Sequence record: MN850595.1
Strand: one strand, 5' to 3'
From: Escherichia phage naswa
DNA length: 64,000 bases
Shown here: positions 36,603 through 45,575 of the stretch, piece after piece
Numbering within the stretch: position 1 is the stretch's first letter
How the letters are laid out: the number at the start of each line of letters is the position of its first letter
Program-made: the position numbers and the translations under genes
The notes under the pieces: generated by a model
Databases searched by the model: none
Told to the model about the DNA's origin: nothing
What the model saw: the letters and a program-made list of their open reading frames with translations, nothing else

Positions 36603-36815
36603 TCATAGTCTACCACCTCTGAACTCTTCGTGCTCAGGCATAATAGAGAACCAGATATCTACGATGTCCTCCCACGTCAGGTCATCAGCCTCAGGATCTG
36701 TCTGGGACGAAGATGAAGAGTCCTCAGAATCTAAGTTTCCCTCTTTAACTGGCTCATCCAAGGGACATATGGTCACTCCTTCGGATGTCTCTTCAGATGC
36801 ATGTGTGTTGATCAT
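36603..36815 (-). CDS. Small acidic Ser/Asp/Glu-rich protein
   Basis: 70 aa ORF, ATGA overlap with upstream small ORF. Confidence 0.45.
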   Translation of the reverse strand: MINTHASEETSEGVTICPLDEPVKEGNLDSEDSSSSSQTDPEADDLTWEDIVDIWFSIMPEHEEFRGGRL

Positions 36816-36913
36816 GTTCCACCCGTGAGTATTCCGGCAACAGCCGCTATGGAAGTAATGATCATCAGGATCACCACTAAAACTTCAGACAATGTTCTCA
36901 TTGTGTATTCCAT
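36812..36913 (-). CDS. Small membrane peptide (33 aa), not in ORF track
   Basis: ATG after GGAGAA RBS and CA-rich leader downstream of consensus promoter; hydrophobic LVVILMIITSIAAVAGIL. Confidence 0.4.
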   Translation of the reverse strand: MEYTMRTLSEVLVVILMIITSIAAVAGILTGGT

Positions 36914-36933
36914 ATTCTCCAAACTGTGTGTGG

Positions 36934-36962
36934 ATACTATCACGGGAGCGGTAATGTGTCAA
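36934..36962 (-). promoter_or_regulatory. Sigma70-like promoter on minus strand (TTGACA-17-TAGTAT)
   Basis: Reverse-complement consensus hexamers upstream of small ORF at 36913. Confidence 0.5.
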
Positions 36963-37119
36963 CAGCAACGCCGCGAGGGTTTGGTTAAAATCCGAGCGTA
37001 TGGTGATTTGGGTCAAAACGGACGTGCGTTCTCGCTACGCTCGAAAGAGAGACTTGTTTGTAGAAAGCTCTTAAACGCTCTGTAACGAGATTATCTGTCC
37101 AAGGTATGCAATCGTGCAC

Positions 37120-37150
37120 CAAATAAAGAAAAGGACGCCACAGAGCGTCC
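37120..37150 (-). terminator. Rho-independent terminator (minus strand)
   Basis: GGACGC-loop-GCGTCC hairpin followed on minus strand by TTTTCTTTATTT. Confidence 0.55.
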
Positions 37151-37175
37151 TAGGTGTCTTAAATTTGATATTTTG

Positions 37176-37487
37176 CTATACCCATGAGGGCTTATCAAGG
37201 TTGGAGTAGCTGAAAGGTGTCAAAAGGTGACTGTCAAAATCCCTCAAACTATCCAAATCTTTTTCCTCGTCCTGACACCATCTGTGCCTACATTTATTGT
37301 TGTAGTGCATAGAATGCATAGCGTTCTGCAACTTAACAGGTACAAGTGATTCAGGAGTAGATAGTATTGTTGGGTATGCCAGAACCACCTCAAACAGTGG
37401 AAACACATCGAAACTAAAGTCTACCTCTGCAGAGGTTGATGGCATGTAGGAGTATTTAGCCGCCTTTGTAGACATAATCCACCTCAC
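37176..37487 (-). CDS. Hypothetical protein
   Basis: 103 aa ORF. Confidence 0.5.
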   Translation of the reverse strand: MRWIMSTKAAKYSYMPSTSAEVDFSFDVFPLFEVVLAYPTILSTPESLVPVKLQNAMHSMHYNNKCRHRWCQDEEKDLDSLRDFDSHLLTPFSYSNLDKPSWV

Positions 37488-37810
37488 ACAGGTTTGATAA
37501 TACCTTTACCGAATAACTCTTCGTATCTAATCTTATCCGGATCCCACTCCTGGATAATTTCGAAGACAATATCCAACCCAGGGATAATCACTTCTCCAGT
37601 GTCAAGTTTGGCAAGAACAAAACCAGAAGGTTGAATGGTTTCCCAGTTACGACGATTGGAATAGAAGACCTCAAAAATATCACCGACCTTGATCTGTTGA
37701 TCAAGATGTTCAAGATTCTCTTTCATATAGACGCAGCGGATTTTTCGTGCAGGCCATAGACCGCCTGCATCACGCTCATTCAATTCTTTTACAGTGATTG
37801 GTATACCCAT
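37484..37810 (-). CDS. Hypothetical protein
   Basis: 108 aa ORF with GAAGGAGA RBS. Confidence 0.5.
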   Translation of the reverse strand: MGIPITVKELNERDAGGLWPARKIRCVYMKENLEHLDQQIKVGDIFEVFYSNRRNWETIQPSGFVLAKLDTGEVIIPGLDIVFEIIQEWDPDKIRYEELFGKGIIKPV

Positions 37811-37830
37811 CTCAAATCTCCTTCATAGAT

Positions 37831-37857
37831 AGTAAAAAGAGGGGCCCAAGCCCCTCT
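37831..37857 (-). terminator. Rho-independent terminator (minus strand)
   Basis: AGAGGGGC-ttgg-GCCCCTCT hairpin followed on minus strand by TTTTACT. Confidence 0.55.
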
Positions 37858-37865
37858 CTTTGTCA

Positions 37866-38171
37866 TTATTCTACAGAGCGTTTGAACAGAATGTCTGCCT
37901 CAGACATGTGCTCAACCTCTTCTTCGATTTTAGCGCGACGTTTTTCAGCCTCATAGCGAATATCGAACTCGGTAGCCACCAGAGATTTGATGAATTTAGG
38001 AGAATACAGGTGATCCTGCTTCTCAACGAGAATGATATCCTTAATGGCATCTTTCAGATCTTTAATCTGAAGTTGGAGTTCTACCAGTTCTTCGATTGTT
38101 TTGCGAAGGCGATCACGCTCTGCAGTGTCAGAAGGAAGAGAGGTGAACAGTTCAACTTTAGATTTAGCCAT
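37866..38171 (-). CDS. Hypothetical coiled-coil protein
   Basis: 101 aa, heptad-like charged repeats; AAGGAGA RBS. Confidence 0.5.
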   Translation of the reverse strand: MAKSKVELFTSLPSDTAERDRLRKTIEELVELQLQIKDLKDAIKDIILVEKQDHLYSPKFIKSLVATEFDIRYEAEKRRAKIEEEVEHMSEADILFKRSVE

Positions 38172-38199
38172 CGTAAGAGTCTCCTTATGTTGTTTTAAA

Positions 38200-38451
38200 T
38201 TAACGTTCTACAAAAATACCGTTCAGTTCAATAACCAGGAATTTCTGGTCTTCACTATCGTCTCGTGCCAGCACCTCACAGACGTATCGGTCATCCCCAT
38301 CATCATCGCAGTCAAATACAAGACTGAGGACTTTATCATGGTAAACCTTCGCCACTACCGCCTCGTAAGTATTGCCGATTGTGAATCCAAGATAATCTCC
38401 GATGCATTTGACAACAACATGGTCTCCAGCATTTAAGTCAATCTTCGTCAT
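38200..38451 (-). CDS. Hypothetical protein
   Basis: Start set to ATG (MTKIDL) after AAGGAG RBS. Confidence 0.5.
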   Translation of the reverse strand: MTKIDLNAGDHVVVKCIGDYLGFTIGNTYEAVVAKVYHDKVLSLVFDCDDDGDDRYVCEVLARDDSEDQKFLVIELNGIFVER

Positions 38452-38578
38452 TACTGCGCTCCTTGGGTAATAATACTGTATGTAAAACTTTAACCAGAGA
38501 TGTGAATAACGCCCCAAAACACACCGATAGCGCTAAAACAGACAAGGCCATCATTAAAGCTTCAGTAAAATCAGTCAT
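38438..38578 (-). CDS. Small membrane peptide (46 aa), not in ORF track
   Basis: ATG after AGAGGTGAGG; TM-like ALMMALSVLALSVCFGALF; overlaps next gene start. Confidence 0.3.
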   Translation of the reverse strand: MTDFTEALMMALSVLALSVCFGALFTSLVKVLHTVLLPKERSNDED

Positions 38579-38606
38579 TCCTCACCTCTTGTTAGTCACT
38601 ATACTA

Positions 38607-38870
38607 TCATTTATCCTTGTCGTCAAGAACTTTTTTAAATCTTTCAGGGATATCTCCCGTTCTTAGATAGTTCATGACCTCGCAAGGTTCCCACTTGAAT
38701 TTCTTACAGAGCAGGGCGGCTGAGATTGTTTCATTGCGAAAAGAAAGGATATTAATATCCCATTCTGAGAACCCCAACTTCCGAAGGGTAGCTACAGAAA
38801 TCCTCACCGCAACCCAGCAGCAAAAACATGCAACAAACGCCACTGCTATAACCCACATCAGGATGTTCAT
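38607..38870 (-). CDS. Hypothetical membrane protein
   Basis: N-terminal TM helix; GAGGTG RBS. Confidence 0.5.
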   Translation of the reverse strand: MNILMWVIAVAFVACFCCWVAVRISVATLRKLGFSEWDINILSFRNETISAALLCKKFKWEPCEVMNYLRTGDIPERFKKVLDDKDK

Positions 38871-38959
38871 ACAAGCACCTCACTGAAATACAAGACACAG
38901 TGTTAAGGTTACTGACCAGCAAATAATTAGCAGGACCATTGCAACCTTGGCAAGATTTA

Positions 38960-39247
38960 TCATAGTGCCTCTAAGATTTCATATCCTTCAGGTCGAAATA
39001 CAAGCCACTCCGTGGCTCCGTTTGGTCGATACGCTTTATACAGAACAACCTGATCTCGGCACATGCACATGGCTACATAGTTTTCATCCACACCTGCAGC
39101 CTGCATTGCAGCTTCTTCTCCGGCAACTGCTTTGCTTACAACCTCCTTAGTAGGCAGGTGTGCGATCAGCTCGTCACCATCATTAATTCCAAAATGGCTG
39201 AGTTCTCCATTGGTATCTTTAATCTTAATCTTAACCAGATCTTTCAT
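38960..39247 (-). CDS. Hypothetical protein (possible divergent member of paralog family A)
   Basis: 95 aa; C-terminal EGYEILEAL resembles family A C-termini. Confidence 0.5.
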   Translation of the reverse strand: MKDLVKIKIKDTNGELSHFGINDGDELIAHLPTKEVVSKAVAGEEAAMQAAGVDENYVAMCMCRDQVVLYKAYRPNGATEWLVFRPEGYEILEAL

Positions 39248-39576
39248 TAGTCTTCCTCCAGGTTCAAAGGCCCTAAGATTTCATATGCCAGATTAGAAGT
39301 TACCAGAGGGTCTTCTGCATCTTTAGTATTATACCACCCGTGAATAACCAGAGTCCCACTCTGTTTCATATCTAACTGGAACTGTTCTGCAGTTTCCTCA
39401 TCCATCTCTAAGATCTCCATAAGGTACTTGATGTTAGGAAGGTATGCAGCTGTTACAGTTCCCTCCACCAAACCTTCGGGCCAACCTACATCCGGATGAC
39501 AAGTAGGAACCAGATTAGTCAGCTTAATAGTGTACGCTTTTTCTGCACGAGCCTTCAGTAACGGGTCAATCTTCAT
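39247..39576 (-). CDS. Hypothetical protein (possible family A member)
   Basis: 109 aa; MKI N-terminus, VIHG core, AYEILG C-terminal motif. Confidence 0.5.
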   Translation of the reverse strand: MKIDPLLKARAEKAYTIKLTNLVPTCHPDVGWPEGLVEGTVTAAYLPNIKYLMEILEMDEETAEQFQLDMKQSGTLVIHGWYNTKDAEDPLVTSNLAYEILGPLNLEED

Positions 39577-39926
39577 TATTCGTCCTCCTCTTCGGTGCCT
39601 GCTTCCAGTAATAAGTTAAGAATATCTTCTGCACAAGGTTCATAGAACTCTTGGCCTTCATTATCGATGATTTTGTAGTCATCTCCACGAATAATCAGGG
39701 GATCACTCTCAAAATTATCGAGACCTTTAACAACGACAACACGATCGATTGCCATCATTGTAAGAACTTTATCGACATCTTCCTCTGCTACACCATACTG
39801 CAGCAGAATGTCTTTGGTAGGAGGAACAGCATCCACCACAACGCCGTTACCAAAACCTTCTGGAAGTTTAGCTAAAATATCTTCCGGAACCACATTCACA
39901 TCAAAACCGGTAATTTCTACTTTCAT
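39576..39926 (-). CDS. Paralog family A small protein
   Basis: MKVEITG N-terminus, VVVVKGLD core, acidic C-terminus. Confidence 0.5.
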   Translation of the reverse strand: MKVEITGFDVNVVPEDILAKLPEGFGNGVVVDAVPPTKDILLQYGVAEEDVDKVLTMMAIDRVVVVKGLDNFESDPLIIRGDDYKIIDNEGQEFYEPCAEDILNLLLEAGTEEEDE

Positions 39927-40187
39927 TTACAGCACCTCTTCGTCAACTACTTCATAAAAATGGCCTGGGATTGCAATAGCGTTCTCACCTTCACCTACAA
40001 ACACAGTTCCGTCAAGAATCAACATCATAAGAATTTCTGTAATATCCTCTTCCGGAACGTTGCCAAAACCTTTAATCAGCTCGTAGGTTGGAATATTTAC
40101 CTCTAAGATGTCACCATCTTTAGAACGGAAATCAACACCGTCCTGAATCTCTGCCGTTTCAAGGTTTTTCAACTTAATCTTCATCAA
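39927..40187 (-). CDS. Paralog family A small protein
   Basis: MMKIKL N-terminus; C-terminal FYEVVDEEV. Confidence 0.5.
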   Translation of the reverse strand: MMKIKLKNLETAEIQDGVDFRSKDGDILEVNIPTYELIKGFGNVPEEDITEILMMLILDGTVFVGEGENAIAIPGHFYEVVDEEVL

Positions 40188-40263
40188 TCGGTCTCCTGTC
40201 TTGTTAAGATGAAGGTATTATTTCACACAGGGTTGGCGTTGTCAACACCTGTGTGCAAGAAAA

Positions 40264-40659
40264 TTACTGAAACAGTGCGGATAAATTACCTTCTGGTGGG
40301 AACTTATCTGCCAAAAACGGTGTTAGCACAGTAGCCTTCTGAAGATCTGGGGTCCACTCGTTGTTCAGAACATCCCAGTAGTACGCAATGTTGCTGTGTG
40401 GGTGCCGCATTACGAACTTTTTCCCTTCGTAGTCATCTGAAACCTCTACAGAAGAAATAACAACAGAATCTTCAAGGGTTTCTTCATAGAAAGATCCGCC
40501 TTCAAATTTCCAACGAGATGCAAGAGCCCCTGCCTTGAACGCTGCAGATAACGGACTGTCGGCAAGAACATACATTTCTTGCACTCTGTCGCTGCGATCT
40601 TTGCTTCTTACGTTGTATACAGTATCTGAGCTATACTCAACACGGTATAGGCTTACCAT
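40264..40659 (-). CDS. Paralog family B protein
   Basis: Shares FVMRHPHSNIAYYWDVLNNEWTP with 42471-42869 (FVIVHPDSRVKHYWNARTKTWTP). Confidence 0.55.
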   Translation of the reverse strand: MVSLYRVEYSSDTVYNVRSKDRSDRVQEMYVLADSPLSAAFKAGALASRWKFEGGSFYEETLEDSVVISSVEVSDDYEGKKFVMRHPHSNIAYYWDVLNNEWTPDLQKATVLTPFLADKFPPEGNLSALFQ

Positions 40660-40991
40660 TACCGCACCTCCTCAATAACTTCCACATCTGAACCCACCAC
40701 AAATGCAAAAGGACAGGTTTCATGAAAGACATCCGGATCTCCGCCAAGCTTGCTAACAATTTCTCCACCACTAATAAACACAAGCTCACCGATATTCATC
40801 AGATTGCTGAAATAGTACCCATAATGATTAAAGAATGCAGCAGGGTCAGGTAGACTAGTAGCCTCAAGCACTACATCGGTTGAGGTTACTTTCTTATCAT
40901 AACCTCTCGCCTTTTGAGATGCAAGATCTGCAGAATCCTCAGGAGACCGGAGATGCACAGGAATTGTTTCACCAATAAAGCGTACTTTCAT
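40659..40991 (-). CDS. Paralog family A small protein
   Basis: Start taken at MKVRFIGE; core LVFISGGE; C-terminal DVEVIEEVR. Confidence 0.5.
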   Translation of the reverse strand: MKVRFIGETIPVHLRSPEDSADLASQKARGYDKKVTSTDVVLEATSLPDPAAFFNHYGYYFSNLMNIGELVFISGGEIVSKLGGDPDVFHETCPFAFVVGSDVEVIEEVR

Positions 40992-40995
40992 ATTA

Positions 40996-41259
40996 TCACC
41001 CAACAACCATAGCTTCAAAAGGAGTCATGAACGAATAAACGGCATCATCATCTGCTTCAGGGAATGCTCCCAAAGACTTCATGTCTGAGCCCTTGACAAA
41101 TACAAGGTTTTGATCAAAAGCTTCTTGGGGGTCAATCCGATACATATTTCGTAGAATATTACTTACCTCCTCATCAAGAGGTGAGTATGCTGTGCACGTT
41201 TTTCCGATCAAGCTTTGAGAATCAGGGTATCCACCTGAAGTTTTAAAATAAACAATCAT
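40996..41259 (-). CDS. Paralog family A small protein
   Basis: Core LVFVKGSDMKSLGA matches family motif. Confidence 0.5.
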   Translation of the reverse strand: MIVYFKTSGGYPDSQSLIGKTCTAYSPLDEEVSNILRNMYRIDPQEAFDQNLVFVKGSDMKSLGAFPEADDDAVYSFMTPFEAMVVG

Positions 41260-41350
41260 ATAATATCACCTCTGGTAAGAGATTGGGATTCCTTTCCCAC
41301 AAATAATTACAAATCTTACTTAGCGAGGAAGTATGCTAATCCAAGCAGGA

Positions 41351-41620
41351 TTATTCCTCTACAATCTCATACACATCAGGAGTTACAATCAACTCTTCTC
41401 CATTACCAGGTGCAACAAACACCACCAAACCCTCAGGTGTGTGCTTTTTAGCCATCTCGATAACATCTTCTCGCAGAGCTGGCTCCATCAGATCAAAACC
41501 TTCACCCAGGGCATCACGAACCACCTTCATATAGTCCACTGGTTGTGCTTCAACAATCATGCCTTCAACCAGACCACAATTTTTGTCTGCCAGCTCAGTT
41601 TTGAATAATTTAATTTTCAT
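41351..41620 (-). CDS. Paralog family A small protein
   Basis: MKIKLF N-terminus; C-terminal DVYEIVEE. Confidence 0.5.
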   Translation of the reverse strand: MKIKLFKTELADKNCGLVEGMIVEAQPVDYMKVVRDALGEGFDLMEPALREDVIEMAKKHTPEGLVVFVAPGNGEELIVTPDVYEIVEE

Positions 41621-41646
41621 TTAGAGGTCTCCTCAATTATTTGATA

Positions 41647-41748
41647 TTAATAGCCGTAACCTAACACATTAACTACAACTGCGATTGCAAACATAATTTC
41701 AAAGCATGCAATCTCTACATTTGGGACTAATTTCTTAATCACACCCAT
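41647..41748 (-). CDS. Small membrane peptide (33 aa), not in ORF track
   Basis: ATG after GAGGTG RBS just downstream of hpf; hydrophobic FEIMFAIAVVVNVLGYGY. Confidence 0.35.
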   Translation of the reverse strand: MGVIKKLVPNVEIACFEIMFAIAVVVNVLGYGY

Positions 41749-41757
41749 TGTAGCACC

Positions 41758-42078
41758 TCATTCTCCAAAGTCAATCTTTACTTTGCCTTTCCCCTTACCT
41801 TTCTTTCCACCGCATTTAGCCAGCTGACGTGCTGCAACATCTACCATACGGTCAGTTGCCTCGTAAGCATCACTGCCTTTAGCCTTGGCAATAACTTCTT
41901 TTCCAGAATTGTCAAAAATGAACGCCATAACTTCCTGGTGATCATTTTCAACTTTTACACTCACACGTGCATAGTTAACAGAGGGATGTAAACGCTCCAG
42001 CTTGGACATTTTGCGGGAAATAAAAGATACCATACCTTCTGTGATTTCTACATTGTTGCCAGTGATTTCAATTTGCAT
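41758..42078 (-). CDS. hpf: Ribosome hibernation-promoting factor homolog (HPF/RaiA family)
   Basis: MQIEITGNNVEITEGM...LERLHPSVNYARVSVKVE parallels bacterial HPF N-terminus MQLNITGHNVEIT; AAGGA RBS. Confidence 0.8.
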   Translation of the reverse strand: MQIEITGNNVEITEGMVSFISRKMSKLERLHPSVNYARVSVKVENDHQEVMAFIFDNSGKEVIAKAKGSDAYEATDRMVDVAARQLAKCGGKKGKGKGKVKIDFGE

Positions 42079-42162
42079 AACGTGTTCCTTTTAAGGAAGA
42101 GGGAATAACTATCTCTCTTTGAAAACAATGATACTAAATCTGAAGCGTTGTGTCAACAGTTT

Positions 42163-42453
42163 TTACAGCTTGTTGTCGATAGTTTTTAAAATATCCACAG
42201 CAAGATCTGCCATTTTTCGAACATACTCTGCAAACTCAACAGGATCCTTGATCAAAGAATTCACAGGGTCGTACCCTAGAGCGTTTAAAATGGCTGCAGC
42301 ATCTACAACCTTCTCATCATTTGCGAAGATCTCTCCGTCAAACTTGTAGGTCCATTTTGAGTCAACCTTAGCAGAGCAGGGTTTGTCCATGCTTGTTACA
42401 CCATCGTCTTTAAACTCTCCTGCGTTATCAATATTTAGAATTAAATCCATCAT
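42163..42453 (-). CDS. Hypothetical protein
   Basis: 96 aa ORF. Confidence 0.5.
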   Translation of the reverse strand: MMDLILNIDNAGEFKDDGVTSMDKPCSAKVDSKWTYKFDGEIFANDEKVVDAAAILNALGYDPVNSLIKDPVEFAEYVRKMADLAVDILKTIDNKL

Positions 42454-42470
42454 GGTGACACCTCACTGTT

Positions 42471-42869
42471 TCAGTTTAGCTTTTCTTCAACAACCCCATA
42501 ACTTGGGGCAGAGTCAAGAGCTTTCTGGTTTAAAAGTGGCGTAGCAGAATCTGCAAACGGTGTCCAAGTTTTTGTTCTGGCATTCCAGTAATGCTTCACT
42601 CTGGAATCTGGATGCACTATAACAAAAACTTTTTCACTTGTCAACACATTAATTTCTTCTACACCCTTGCTGATAATTTCTCCGTCATAGCCCCCAGTCT
42701 GGTATCCTTCGTACCAGGTTCTTGCATAGGCATAGCCAGCCTGCCAGCATGCAGCCTCCTCCGAGGTGGAGACTACGTAGAAGTCTTTCTCAAATTCCGG
42801 AATACGCCCTTGCTTTACGCTCCAAGCTCCGCGAATTTTCATTGTTACTTTGAAAAGCTTGTTCTTCAT
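42471..42869 (-). CDS. Paralog family B protein
   Basis: Shares conserved C-terminal block with 40264-40659. Confidence 0.55.
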   Translation of the reverse strand: MKNKLFKVTMKIRGAWSVKQGRIPEFEKDFYVVSTSEEAACWQAGYAYARTWYEGYQTGGYDGEIISKGVEEINVLTSEKVFVIVHPDSRVKHYWNARTKTWTPFADSATPLLNQKALDSAPSYGVVEEKLN

Positions 42870-42870
42870 A

Positions 42871-43125
42871 CTACCGCTCTACAATCTCTACATCTGTTCC
42901 TACACCGAAGGCATAGTAATGTTCTTCCCCAAAGTAATACTTGGGGACACCCGCTTTGATCAGATCTAACCCGCGAATAAATACCACACCGTGTGATACA
43001 GTGGAATGCTTCTGACGCACAGGATCGTTGTCAGGCAACCATTCAAAGTACACCGCAGGTACAACCTTTCCCTTCAGGAAGGATTGTCCCAAGTAGACGT
43101 TAGAATCAAGAATTTTAACCTTCAT
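42871..43125 (-). CDS. Paralog family A small protein
   Basis: MKVKIL N-terminus, VVFIRGLDLIKAG core, DVEIVER C-terminus. Confidence 0.55.
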   Translation of the reverse strand: MKVKILDSNVYLGQSFLKGKVVPAVYFEWLPDNDPVRQKHSTVSHGVVFIRGLDLIKAGVPKYYFGEEHYYAFGVGTDVEIVER

Positions 43126-43342
43126 TCTCGTCCTCCACTATCTCTACATCCTCACCAAGGGCAAAGTTGTAGGTCCACTGGCTGTCAAAGCAGTCCTGAG
43201 ATGCACCAGCGGCAATAAGATCTGCACCTTTTATTTTTAAAAGGTCAGGATAATCTTCGTTAGGGATAGCGGTAAACACTTTCCCCACTAAGGGCTCCTG
43301 ACCAATATAGAAGCTTGAATCTAAAACTTTAACTTTCATCAA
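43115..43342 (-). CDS. Paralog family A small protein
   Basis: MKVKVL N-terminus, LLKIKGADLIAAG core, DVEIVED C-terminus. Confidence 0.55.
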   Translation of the reverse strand: MMKVKVLDSSFYIGQEPLVGKVFTAIPNEDYPDLLKIKGADLIAAGASQDCFDSQWTYNFALGEDVEIVEDENEG

Positions 43343-43626
43343 CGGTCTCCCTCAGGCGGTTGTGGGACGTAAACACTGTTACGAATATCGTCAGCAGTGT
43401 AGTAATAAGTGGTTCCAACCCTATCTCGGGCTGCAATGTACTCTGCTATACCAGCAAGTGCCATTGATTTGGTGGCGTATCTTCCCCACTCGTTAGCTCC
43501 CCAGTAGAATTTAGACCAGTAGGGAATAAGACCGAACAAATATACCTTTTGACGAACTTCCCAGTAAGTGCCTTTTCCGACAAGTTTAAACTCTACTTCA
43601 CTACTGTTAATCTTTTTCATTATCAA
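43339..43626 (-). CDS. Hypothetical protein
   Basis: 95 aa ORF, ATGA overlap. Confidence 0.5.
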   Translation of the reverse strand: MIMKKINSSEVEFKLVGKGTYWEVRQKVYLFGLIPYWSKFYWGANEWGRYATKSMALAGIAEYIAARDRVGTTYYYTADDIRNSVYVPQPPEGDR

Positions 43627-43919
43627 TCTCCCTCTACCGTGGTCGGATTGTCAGTAAGAAATTGAGCATTGGCTGGAGGCACGCCTGACATTTTCCACAC
43701 AACCATAAGTTTATAACCAGGCACTCTATTAAGTGCAGATCGAGTAGAGTTTGTGCACGTATACTTTCGCTTTCCAAACCCGTTCTCCATCATAATCCAG
43801 TACCCAGTATCTTTGTCACCAGGTATCGGTAGACCACCTTCATCAACCCACTGAATTGACCACGGCACGATGGCTACAGCTTTATATTTAAACTTTTTAA
43901 ACCACTCAAAAAGTTTCAT
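43623..43919 (-). CDS. Hypothetical protein
   Basis: 98 aa ORF. Confidence 0.5.
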   Translation of the reverse strand: MKLFEWFKKFKYKAVAIVPWSIQWVDEGGLPIPGDKDTGYWIMMENGFGKRKYTCTNSTRSALNRVPGYKLMVVWKMSGVPPANAQFLTDNPTTVEGD

Positions 43920-44014
43920 AATTCAGCCCCGCATAGACATAATCACTATAAACAGGCAAACAATGAATCCGAATGCCACGCCACCCATAAACGTTAATAT
44001 TGATGCAATCATAG

Positions 44015-44200
44015 TCAATCAGCCTCGCCTGGCAACTCTTCTACCTTAACATGCCGAAAAGTGTTACCGTAATGGTTGATCCATGACATCAGCTCACTTT
44101 CTTGCTCTTCCTCTGGGATGAACTCTCGAATACTGACAAGTTTTAAGAAAACCCAATCACAATCTGCACCCATTCTACCAGACAGACAATAGTGCTTCAT
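44015..44200 (-). CDS. Hypothetical protein
   Basis: Start set to ATG after GGGAGGG RBS. Confidence 0.4.
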   Translation of the reverse strand: MKHYCLSGRMGADCDWVFLKLVSIREFIPEEEQESELMSWINHYGNTFRHVKVEELPGEAD

Positions 44201-44219
44201 AAAAACCCTCCCGCCCGGT

Positions 44220-44414
44220 TTAGAATATTGCTTCTTCCATTGCGCCTGAGAGCAACAAAGAGGTGATCTGGCTAACATTCATCTCAGACTCTACTTCCTC
44301 CCCTTTGAAAGGTTCGCGGCAGAATAGGACTGTTTCAGGACTTTTACTTCGAACAATATAATACAAATCATTCAATGTGTTGTAGTAATAAGTGTTAAAA
44401 CGTAAGTTTTTCAT
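44220..44414 (-). CDS. Hypothetical protein
   Basis: 64 aa ORF. Confidence 0.4.
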   Translation of the reverse strand: MKNLRFNTYYYNTLNDLYYIVRSKSPETVLFCREPFKGEEVESEMNVSQITSLLLSGAMEEAIF

Positions 44415-44698
44415 TTTCTAGTCCTCTTCTTAGATTTTTGGGGAGAAACGCTTTCTGCAATACGAGACAGACGTTCTTCTGAAGCCTTACCTACTCCAGG
44501 TTTTTTGAGTGGATTATCTTTATGACCACAATCCAACTGGATATTGGATACCTCTCCAACTTTGTAAGTCAATTCTAGCAAAAGGTTGTCGTCCTTGTCA
44601 AATGTTTTTACGATAAATTTTTTATCGTTCTCCTGAACTTCATATCTGGTACCTGCAGTATACAGCATGGTGCCATCAGCATAGGATATCCAAATCAT
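44411..44698 (-). CDS. Hypothetical protein
   Basis: 95 aa ORF, ATGA overlap. Confidence 0.5.
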   Translation of the reverse strand: MIWISYADGTMLYTAGTRYEVQENDKKFIVKTFDKDDNLLLELTYKVGEVSNIQLDCGHKDNPLKKPGVGKASEERLSRIAESVSPQKSKKRTRK

Positions 44699-45042
44699 TG
44701 AGCCTCCTTTTGCTGCAACAGCATTAACTCTTTGTTAGAAATCTTTACTGCTGTTTTTATTGTTCCATCTTCACGAAACCACGACCAGAACTCTACAGTG
44801 TCACCACTATCAAGTAAAGCATGCCCATGGTAAAAATCTTTGTCCTTAGACAGTTTCTCATCTATATCTGCATCAACACATTCGTGATCCATAGCATTTT
44901 GCCTGAACGCATCGGTTATGCCAATGCACGCCTTGCTCTCAAGACTGGTATATCCGATATCTTTTAATTCAGTTTCCCAAGTCCAGTACCCTATAAAAGC
45001 TAAAACAGCTACCCACAGTAATAACGTTTTAATCTTTGGCAT
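44695..45042 (-). CDS. Hypothetical exported or membrane-anchored protein
   Basis: N-terminal hydrophobic signal-anchor LLLWVAVLAFIGYW. Confidence 0.5.
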   Translation of the reverse strand: MPKIKTLLLWVAVLAFIGYWTWETELKDIGYTSLESKACIGITDAFRQNAMDHECVDADIDEKLSKDKDFYHGHALLDSGDTVEFWSWFREDGTIKTAVKISNKELMLLQQKEAQ

Positions 45043-45104
45043 TCTCTCTACCTCTTTCTTAGTTTATTTCACTATGGCACATCCTTTGTGCCATATCTCA
45101 ACTA

Positions 45105-45575
45105 CTACTTAAATAGTAGTTCAAAATAGTGCAAAATTAACAGAAGTTGAACTACACCTAGTGCAACGGCGAGTATGTTAATCTTAGAATCGAAAAACTT
45201 CTTAACTTTTACTCTAAAAGGTTCCTTAATGTCCTTTACGATCCTATCTATAGATGACCTCATATCTCTGATTACCATCCTGAACATTAAAGACGGATGC
45301 TCCCCCATCTCTGTAACGGAATCGAAAACATACTCTCTTCGGTCATAAGGGCCGCCAGCTCTGCGTATTAACCTCTCCACAGAGACCTCGAACGTCACAC
45401 CTGTAACGTAATCATCTATAACAAGTCGTGACGGGTCTTTACCTTTACTATCAAGAGGTATCAAAGTTATCTTTCCAGATTTTGTTAAAATTTCCCCTTT
45501 TTCAAGCAAGGTGTACCAATGCTCTCTGCCAAGACTGTTGAGGCACGTTTTTACATATTTAACAAACATCGTCAC
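45105..45575 (-). CDS. Hypothetical protein with C-terminal TM helix
   Basis: 156 aa; hydrophobic C-terminus ILAVALGVVQLLLIL. Confidence 0.5.
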   Translation of the reverse strand: MTMFVKYVKTCLNSLGREHWYTLLEKGEILTKSGKITLIPLDSKGKDPSRLVIDDYVTGVTFEVSVERLIRRAGGPYDRREYVFDSVTEMGEHPSLMFRMVIRDMRSSIDRIVKDIKEPFRVKVKKFFDSKINILAVALGVVQLLLILHYFELLFK

